A stretch of DNA of 12,204 bases from Candidatus Oleincola secundus. GTDB taxonomy: Bacteria; Atribacterota; Phoenicimicrobiia; Phoenicimicrobiales; Stramentimicrobiaceae. Position 1 is the stretch's first letter. The number at the start of each line of letters is the position of its first letter. The notes below the pieces were generated by a model. The model ran no database searches. It was not told the origin of the DNA and saw nothing but the letters and a program-made list of their open reading frames with translations. The translations under genes were made by a program, and so were the position numbers. Below, piece by piece: positions 5,758 to 12,204 of the stretch. The stretch is from NCBI GenBank assembly GCA_018400815.1, contig JAGYLS010000053.1, positions 1 through 12,204 on the forward strand. The letters are read 5' to 3'.

Positions 5758-7263
5758 ATGAAATACGTTAGTACTAGAGGTAATATACAGCCGTTATCCT
5801 CTGTAGAGTCAATCAAAATGGGAATGGTACCCCGGGGAGGATTGTTTGTTCCGGAAGAAATTCCGGCAATATCCCCCGAACTGTTGAATCAATGGAAAGA
5901 TTTATCCTATGCACAGCTTGCCGGTAATATTTTTTCATTCTTTCTAAAGGATGACTTTTCCAAAAACGAGATAAGCCGGATAACCAAAAATGTTTACAAT
6001 AACGAGCATTTTAATACTGAAGAAATTACCCCAATAAAACAGCTTGATGACCAGTTATTCATTATGGAGCTCTTTCACGGACCAACCGGTGCTTTTAAAG
6101 ACATTGCCTTACAGGTATTACCGCACATTTTGTCCGGAGCATTGGAGAAGCTTTCCATTAAAAACCAGATGTTGATATTGGTAGCAACATCTGGCGATAC
6201 AGGAAAAGCTGCCCTGGAAGGATTTAAAAATGTTCCCGGAACTCAAATTATTGTTTATTATCCTTTTCAAAAAGTCAGTAAAATACAGGAATTGCAGATG
6301 CTTACTACTGAAGGGAATAATACTCACGTAATTGCAATCAGAGGTAATTTTGATGATTGTCAGAATGCAGTAAAAGAAATCTTCTCTGACCAGCGCTTTT
6401 GCCGTTATCTAAAAGAAGAAGGATTTGAATTCTCTTCAGCCAATTCTATTAACTGGGGAAGGCTTTTCCCGCAGATTGTCTATTATTTTTATGCTTATTT
6501 ATCCCTGTTGAAGAAAAATCAAATTCAGTCTAATGAAAAAATTAATTTCACGGTACCCACTGGAAATTTTGGCAATATTTTAGCTGCCTGGTATGCTCGC
6601 CGGATGGGTTTGCCGGTAGATAAACTTATTTGTGCATCTAACATCAACAAGGTATTAACCGACTTTTTTCACAAGGGAATCTATGACCGTAACCGCCCCC
6701 TGGTCTCTACTATAAGCCCTTCCATGGATATATTGATTTCCAGTAATCTGGAACGATTTTTATTTGAGATTTCAGAACATCAGGAAAAGGCTGTTAATTA
6801 CTGGATGAAGGATTTGCGGGAAAAAGGTCAATTTAAGTTAGACGGAAATATAAAAGAAAAAATGGAAGAAATAATCTTTGCCGGCTATGCCAGTGAGGAA
6901 GAAACCCTAAAAACAATCAAAACAGTTTATAATGAGTATCACTACCTGGTTGACCCTCATACTGCCGTAGGAGTAAAGGTTTTTCGTGATTACCGGAATA
7001 TAATGGGAGAAAAAACTAAAACAGTAATTGATGCCACAGCCAGCCCGTTTAAATTTAACCGTAGTGTTCTGGCTGCCCTGTCAGATAAAGAATATATTAA
7101 GAACATAGATGAGCTTTACTTATTAGAAGAACTTAGCCGACAGACCGGATTATCGGTACCGGATATGTTGCAGGATTTAGGGAACAAAAAAATAAGGCAT
7201 CATCTTGTTTATGATAAAGAAGATGCCCAAAAAAGTTTACAGGATATACTGAAAATACAATAA
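5758..7263 (+). CDS. thrC: Threonine synthase (PLP-dependent, long bacterial type), 501 aa
   Basis: MKYVSTRG N-terminus, GGLFVP, ELFHGPTGAFKD (PLP lysine), ATSGDTGKAA, SANSINWGRL, VPTGNFGNILA, SPSMDILISSNLER, DPHTAVG. AGGAG SD upstream. Confidence 0.96.
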   Translation: MKYVSTRGNIQPLSSVESIKMGMVPRGGLFVPEEIPAISPELLNQWKDLSYAQLAGNIFSFFLKDDFSKNEISRITKNVYNNEHFNTEEITPIKQLDDQLFIMELFHGPTGAFKDIALQVLPHILSGALEKLSIKNQMLILVATSGDTGKAALEGFKNVPGTQIIVYYPFQKVSKIQELQMLTTEGNNTHVIAIRGNFDDCQNAVKEIFSDQRFCRYLKEEGFEFSSANSINWGRLFPQIVYYFYAYLSLLKKNQIQSNEKINFTVPTGNFGNILAAWYARRMGLPVDKLICASNINKVLTDFFHKGIYDRNRPLVSTISPSMDILISSNLERFLFEISEHQEKAVNYWMKDLREKGQFKLDGNIKEKMEEIIFAGYASEEETLKTIKTVYNEYHYLVDPHTAVGVKVFRDYRNIMGEKTKTVIDATASPFKFNRSVLAALSDKEYIKNIDELYLLEELSRQTGLSVPDMLQDLGNKKIRHHLVYDKEDAQKSLQDILKIQ

Positions 7264-7272
7264 TTTGTCCTA

Positions 7273-7947
7273 TTATTTCCTATCCTTGTCTTTGTTCTTA
7301 TCATCCATATGTTTAATAACTTCTCCTTCTACCATGAATACCACATCTTCACAGATGTTGGTAGAATGGTCCCCGATGCGTTCCAAATCCAGAGCCAGGG
7401 AAATTAAATGAAAAGACCGTTCTATAGTTGTAGGGTCTGAACTCATGAAAGTAAGAAGCTCCCGAATAATTTGATCTCTTAAGGCATTGACCGTTTTATC
7501 TCTTTGAAATACCTCACGAGCAAGCTGAGAGTCATTTTCAATAAAGGCATTGACACTATCTCTAATCATGCTCTGCACAATATCGGACATCCTGGGAATA
7601 TCAATATAAGGTTTAACTTGCGGCCTTTCAATAAGGAAAATAGCGCTACGGGACATAGTTGAGGATAAATCTCCAATTCTCTCTAAATCTCTATTCATCT
7701 CCAACATCATAAGTATGGTTCTTAAATCAACAGCCATGGGTTGAAATTGGGCAAGAATCCAGACACATTTTTCATCCAATTCAAGTTCATATCTGTCTGT
7801 TCTGGGCTCATCTTTTTCTATCACTTCCAATGGGTAGCTTTTTTCCTTTTCCATCAATCCCTTAATAACCTTTTCTACCATATTCTCTACCAAGGTAGCA
7901 TATTCTATTAATTCTCGCTTTATTGGCATGATGCGCTCTTCTAACAT
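7273..7947 (-). CDS. phoU: Phosphate signalling/transport regulator PhoU, 224 aa
   Basis: Two PhoU repeats with QPMAVDLR, DLERIGD (twice) and NICEDVVFMVEG. Located at the 3' end of the pst cluster. Confidence 0.95.
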   Translation of the reverse strand: MLEERIMPIKRELIEYATLVENMVEKVIKGLMEKEKSYPLEVIEKDEPRTDRYELELDEKCVWILAQFQPMAVDLRTILMMLEMNRDLERIGDLSSTMSRSAIFLIERPQVKPYIDIPRMSDIVQSMIRDSVNAFIENDSQLAREVFQRDKTVNALRDQIIRELLTFMSSDPTTIERSFHLISLALDLERIGDHSTNICEDVVFMVEGEVIKHMDDKNKDKDRK

Positions 7948-7971
7948 TATTTTCCCTCTTTTCTTAAAACA

Positions 7972-8271
7972 GTAAAAATCGCACCCGCATAGCAGGTGGC
8001 TTTAAGAACCTCTAAAGAGGTTTAACTTTTTAGCTCTTTTTCTTTCGGTTTTTATTTAAACTTTAGCTATAATATTTCTAAGCAATATAACTTCCAACTT
8101 TGGACTTCAGGTGAAAAATTGTCATCTAGCTTATCTTAATCTTTTTATGGTAAAACCATTTATTTAACCATTCCCACTTTTCTTAGAAGGTGGTTTTTTA
8201 TGGTTAAATGAATGGACTTTGTTTAAATATCTCTACCGGTCAAAGGTACCGTTTGTCTATCCTGTATTGAC
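7972..8271 (-). mobile_element. Probable non-autonomous IS200/IS605-family remnant (MITE-like), about 300 bp
   Basis: Begins right after the pstB stop (GTCAATACAGGATAGACAAACGGTACCTTTGACCGGTAGAG). Contains a 60-nt hairpin at 8156-8215. Ends with paired hairpins AACCTCT-TT-AGAGGTT and AAAGC-CACCTGC-TAT-GCGGGTG-CGATTTTTAC, similar to IS200-type right ends as I recall them. No transposase ORF is present. Boundaries are approximate. Confidence 0.5.
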
Positions 8272-9026
8272 TTATCCAAATTTACCGGTTAAGTAAGCTT
8301 CGGTCATCTTATTTTTGGGAACGGTAAAGATCTGTTCTGTTTCTCCAAATTCAACCATATCACCCAGGTATAAAAATGCCGTATAATCGATACCGGGCAA
8401 CCTGCTGCATATTATGAGTAACTATAACAATAGTATACTCTTTTTTAACTCCAGAATTAACTCCTCAAACTTCTGGTAGAAATCGGATCCAGACGAGCAC
8501 AGTTCATCAAATAGAAGCACTTCGGTGCCACTGCCAGGCAACGAAAGACGTACAAATCCGCTGTTGTTGACCTCCCGAAGTCCCAGGGCATCTCATTCAG
8601 GCGATCTTTAACTTCTTCCCACAAGGCTGCCTTTTGTAAGATTGTATCACAATTTCTTCTTTCTTTCTTCTGTCTTTAATCCCGTTTACTGAAATCCATA
8701 ACTGATATTATCAAAATACTCTTCGGAAATGGATTCGGTTTCTGAAGACCATTCCGACTCTCCGTCGAATTTCTACTACATCTGTTTTCGAATCATTAAT
8801 ATCTTCTTTATCCAACAATAGAGACCCTTCAGCCTGGTTTTTGGTATCCAGGTCATTCATTCAGTTAAAACATACGAATCAAGGTTGATTTGCCACCCAA
8901 CCGGAAGGCCCAATCACTGCAGTTACCTTGTTTTCATAGATGTCCAGATTGATGCCTTTTAGAACCTGGAGTTTGACCGTAATAAAAACGAATATCCCTT
9001 ACCTGTATTTTGGTCTTAAGTCCCAT
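8272..9026 (-). pseudogene. pstB: Phosphate ABC transporter ATP-binding protein PstB, multiply frameshifted (probably sequencing error)
   Basis: Manual frame-hopping gives MGLKTKIQVRDIRFYYG / KLQVLKGINLDIYENKVTAVIGPSG / GKSTL (Walker A) ... RRRVGMVF / QKPNPFPKS ... AALWEEVKDRL ... LSGGQQQR ... [10 protein letters not shown] ... [10 protein letters not shown]. There are many indels and an in-frame TGA. Confidence 0.92.
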
Positions 9027-9865
9027 AATAACTTTGGCTCCTTTGTCTTTGTCTGAGAATAATTGCCAGAACTGACATTGTTAATACTAAAATTAATAAA
9101 ATAAGTGCACAGCCATAAGCAATGCTGGTTTGTTCTTCCGGATGGACTCCTTCGGTCATCAATGCGTAAATATGATAGAATTAATACCATTACCTCGAAA
9201 AAACGGAATCAGGTAGCCTCTAGTATAAAAAGTAGCTGCCGTAAACATAGTGGTGCAGTTTCTCCAGGCTACCCTACCTATACTTAAAATAACGCCTGTT
9301 AAAATTCAGGGCAATGCACTGGGAAGAACCACTCTTCTAATGGTTTCCCATAAAGTAGCCCCCAGAGCAAGAAGAAGCTTCCCGATAGGACTGAGGTACG
9401 GCCATGAGCGCTTCTGAGCTGCAGAAATAATACTGGAGTAAAACCATGATTCCCAATGTCAGGAGCCGGATAAAATTGATACACCAAATCAAGAACTTAA
9501 CGAATACAGCCAATCCAAAAAGGCTGAATACCACAGGCACTCCTGCTAAATTATTAATACTGATACGGATAATATTTACTATAAAAGCTTTTGGTACTAT
9601 ATTCACTAAGATAAACAGCACAGGTAATCCCAGAGGAATAGAGAAAATCATTGCCCCTAAAGTGAGATAAAGTCCCCACAATAGCCAAGGGCTACTCCGC
9701 CTGCCCACCGTCATGGCTTTCTGGTGCCTGCGTTAAGAATTCCCAGGATAATTAACCATTCCTCTGACCACAATAAAATATAAAATGATACCTAAAAAGA
9801 ATATAGTAGTTAAAATACAGATAAATAATAGTAAAGCCAAGATTTTGTGCGATTTGCTTATCCAT
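9016..9865 (-). pseudogene. pstA: Phosphate ABC transporter permease PstA, multiply frameshifted
   Basis: ATG at 9865 (MDKQIAQN...). Fragments SWEFLTQAP, LYLTLGAMIFSIPLG, IRISINNLAGVP..VFSLFGLAVFV, SEALMAVPQSYREAS. The C-terminus ILRQRQRSQSYYGT* overlaps the pstB start. Confidence 0.88.
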
Positions 9866-9870
9866 TTAAA

Positions 9871-10750
9871 CTACCTTCCCAAACCTAATTTTAATCTATA
9901 ACGGCGACTAATTATCTCTGCAATAATATTAAACAGCAATGTAATCAGAAATAAAATTAAGCCAATCCTGGAATAAAGAATGATAATGAGTGCTTCCTAC
10001 CACTGTTTCTCCCATTTCTGCGGCAATAGTAGAAGTCATTGGCTGAACCGGTTTAAAAAGGAAGTAGGTATGATTGCGGCACCGGTAACCATTAAGACTG
10101 TCATAGTCTCCCCCGACAGCACGGCTCATTCCCAGGATGATACCTGTAGAAATTCCTGAACAGGCTGCTGGAATAATAACCTTGGTTAGAGTCTGCCAGC
10201 GGTTTCCGCCTAAAGCCAATGAAGCTTCCTGAAACTATTAGGCACAAAACTCAGTGCATCTTCGGAAACTGCAAACGGTAGGAGTTGCCATAATACCCAA
10301 CATCAGACTTCCGGTAAAGGCAGTCTGGCCAATCGGGATATTTAAAATTCTCTGTAAATAAGGGGCAACAATGACCATGCCAAAAAAACCATATACGATC
10401 GATGGAACACCTGCCAGTATCTCTATGATGGGTTTTAAAATAGCTTTTTGTTTATATGATGCCAGTTCATTAACAAACAGTGCGCTTCCTACCCCTAACG
10501 GCACACATACCAGTACCGCACCTATTGTTACCAAAAAAGAGGCCAGGATTAAAGGAAGAATACCAAAATCAGGCGGGTCATAGGTGGGGTACCATTCCTT
10601 CCCCAGAATAAATTCGAACAGTCCCACTTCCTGAAAGGCAGGCAGCCCGGAAGCAAATAATGTAACCATTATGCCTACTAAAAATAATAAAGAAGAAAAA
10701 GCTAAAACGGTAAATACCCATCTGATAATTTTTTCTTTTTTCTTATACAT
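9871..10750 (-). pseudogene. pstC: Phosphate ABC transporter permease PstC, frameshifted in its 3' part
   Basis: ATG at 10750 (MYKKKEK). EWYPT..PPDFGILPLI, KPIIEILAGVPSIVYGFFG, then shifted fragments SEDALSFVP / [13 protein letters not shown] / GMSRAVG / [11 protein letters not shown] / [15 protein letters not shown]...LGLGR*. The first lesion is near 10268. Confidence 0.92.
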
Positions 10751-10801
10751 AAAACTTGTCGCCTTCTTTTCAATATATCTATATAATTTGCAAGCAATCA
10801 A

Positions 10802-10836
10802 CCGGGCATGATAATTTTTGCTGATATCATGCCCGG
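10802..10836 (-). other. pstS-pstC intercistronic stem-loop (mRNA stabiliser or partial terminator)
   Basis: Perfect 12-bp stem CCGGGCATGATA / TATCATGCCCGG with an 11-nt loop, 30 nt after the pstS stop. No U-tract follows. Confidence 0.7.
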
Positions 10837-10866
10837 GAGGTTAAGGTATTGAGTTGACTGAATTAA

Positions 10867-11700
10867 TTATTGAACACTGATATAACCATTTTCCTCAACT
10901 AATTTTTGACCTTCTTCACTCATCACAAAATCAATGAATTCCTTTACTGCACCGGTTGGCTCTCCATTAGTATACATAAATAATGGTCTTGCCAGCGGAT
11001 AGGTATCAGAATTAACAGTTTCTTTACTGGGCATTACATTATTGACTTCAATAGCTTTTGTTTTACTGGTTACATAACCTAAACCAACATAGCCTATTGC
11101 TCCTGGGGTATTGGCTACACTTGTAGCCACTGCAGCATTAGAAGCCTGTAATAGGGCATCCGGTCTTACTTTTTCCTTGTCCAGGGCTAACTCATTGAAG
11201 GCTTCAAATGTTCCGCTAGCAGAATCTCTGGAAATAATAACAATCTCCTGGTCAGAACCGCCTACCTGGGACCAGTTAGAAAATTCCCCGGTATAGATTG
11301 CCTTAATTTGTTCAAGAGTCAATTCATTAACACTATTAGCCGGATTAACTACCACAGCAATTGCATCCCTTGCTACTACATTGCCAATTGGTGTAACACC
11401 TTTTTCTTTAGCAGTAGCTAACTCTTTTTCTTTAATAGGACGAGAGGCATTGCCAATATCACAGGTTCCGTCTATTATCGAAGAAATACCAACACCGGAG
11501 CCGCCGCCCTGTACAGATATATTAATATCCATATTCTGATCCATAAATACTTCGGCACAAGCTTGTGATATAGGAAGTACAGTAGTTGAACCTTTCACTA
11601 CAATATCATTGTCAGCAGCCAGTACATTGCCGGTAAAAAACAAGAAACAAACGAGAGCCAAGCTAACAAAGAGGTAATTAAATTTTCTTAATTTTGTCAT
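10867..11700 (-). CDS. pstS: Phosphate ABC transporter substrate-binding protein PstS, 277 aa
   Basis: KGSTTVLP, GGGSGVG, IGNASR, SRDSASGT, GAIGYVG, YPLARPLFMY. Sec signal peptide ending VLA/A. GGAG SD. First gene of pstSCAB. Confidence 0.95.
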   Translation of the reverse strand: MTKLRKFNYLFVSLALVCFLFFTGNVLAADNDIVVKGSTTVLPISQACAEVFMDQNMDINISVQGGGSGVGISSIIDGTCDIGNASRPIKEKELATAKEKGVTPIGNVVARDAIAVVVNPANSVNELTLEQIKAIYTGEFSNWSQVGGSDQEIVIISRDSASGTFEAFNELALDKEKVRPDALLQASNAAVATSVANTPGAIGYVGLGYVTSKTKAIEVNNVMPSKETVNSDTYPLARPLFMYTNGEPTGAVKEFIDFVMSEEGQKLVEENGYISVQ

Positions 11701-11752
11701 TTTTATCTCCTTTTATTTTTGAGATGTTTTACATCTCTTTTTTGTTAACTAT

Positions 11753-11806
11753 AATATAAAGGAGTTTTATGAAGAATATATAAATAAAGTGTTAATTTTT
11801 GGTTAA
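11753..11806 (-). promoter_or_regulatory. PHO box array (four 11-bp-spaced repeats) plus -10 box of the pstS promoter
   Basis: Minus strand TTAACC (11806-11801), TTAACA (11795-11790), TTTATA (11784-11779), TTCATA (11773-11768) with an exact 11-bp period, matching the PhoP/PhoB TT(A/T/C)ACA-type repeat. The -10 TATATT is at 11758-11753. Confidence 0.75.
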
Positions 11807-12204
11807 TTATTTAATTTATTTAGAAATTCTAAACATTTTTCTTTTATTTCATCTCTAATTTTTCGAAAGAAAGCAAGTTTCTCCTGTTCACTACCTTTAG
11901 CATGGGCAGGATCTTCTATATCCCAATGAATCCTCTCATATTGACCCGGGAATACAGGACATACTTGCTTAGCATGATTACAGACTGTTATGACATAATC
12001 GAATTCCTGTTCCAAAAATTCATTAACTGATTTTGATTTATGGGACGATATATCAATGCCAGCTTCAGCCATAACTTTTATTGCATAAGGATTAACCTCT
12101 GTTGGTTCTACCCCGGCACTTGATACTTCAAATTTATTGCCAGCCATATGGCGCATAAATCCTTCACCCATCTGACTTCTGCAGGAATTACCCGTGCATA
12201 GAAA
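11803..12204 (-). CDS. arsC: Thioredoxin-coupled arsenate reductase ArsC (LMW-PTP family), 5' end outside the window
   Basis: In-frame extension to the window edge gives FLCTGNSCRSQM (CX5R P-loop). The redox pair TVCNHAKQVCP and HWDIEDPA are also present. Confidence 0.9.
   Translation of the reverse strand, partial: FLCTGNSCRSQMGEGFMRHMAGNKFEVSSAGVEPTEVNPYAIKVMAEAGIDISSHKSKSVNEFLEQEFDYVITVCNHAKQVCPVFPGQYERIHWDIEDPAHAKGSEQEKLAFFRKIRDEIKEKCLEFLNKLNN

Noticed and set aside
6118..6327. 69-aa minus-strand ORF
   Set aside because: Antisense shadow of thrC.
8999..10219. Several short ORFs on both strands (8999-9190, 9105-9287, 9299-9487, 9337-9714, 9446-9670, 9929-10219) as independent genes
   Set aside because: They are frameshifted pieces or antisense shadows of pstA and pstC.
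8272..10750. Programmed frameshifting, recoding or an alternative genetic code explaining the broken pst genes
   Set aside because: Lesions are numerous, in both directions and lack slippery-site motifs. All intact genes translate cleanly with the standard bacterial code.
10371..11296. + strand ORFs 10371-10583 and 11111-11296
   Set aside because: Antisense shadows of pstC and pstS.
1..12204. CRISPR array, tRNA/rRNA genes, or an intact transposase/integrase
   Set aside because: No regularly spaced 25-40 bp repeats, cloverleaf or rRNA signatures, or recombinase motifs were seen.

Overview
AT-rich bacterial chromosomal segment made up mostly of housekeeping and stress genes. The PstS Sec/SPI signal peptide without a lipobox suggests a diderm; an anaerobe such as Atribacterota is only a guess. 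Left to right: a DEAD-box RNA helicase (-) with a possibly structured leader; a minus-strand operon of YheO/DauR-like PAS-HTH regulator, RidA and Fe-S L-cysteine desulfidase behind a consensus sigma70 promoter and a palindromic operator candidate; a divergent GNAT acetyltransferase split by one frameshift; BoxC/REP-like and short tandem repeats; threonine synthase thrC (+) behind a promoter with MerR-type architecture; and, converging on it, arsC-pstSCAB-phoU (-) with four 11-bp-spaced PHO-box repeats before pstS and a probable ~300-bp non-autonomous IS200/IS605-like remnant between pstB and phoU. pstC, pstA and pstB (about 8390-10270) are riddled with indels, most likely from low-coverage long-read consensus error. 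I found no convincing novel multi-gene system. The best leads are non-coding: the MerR-like thrC promoter, the YheO operator, the IS200-like remnant and the helicase leader.
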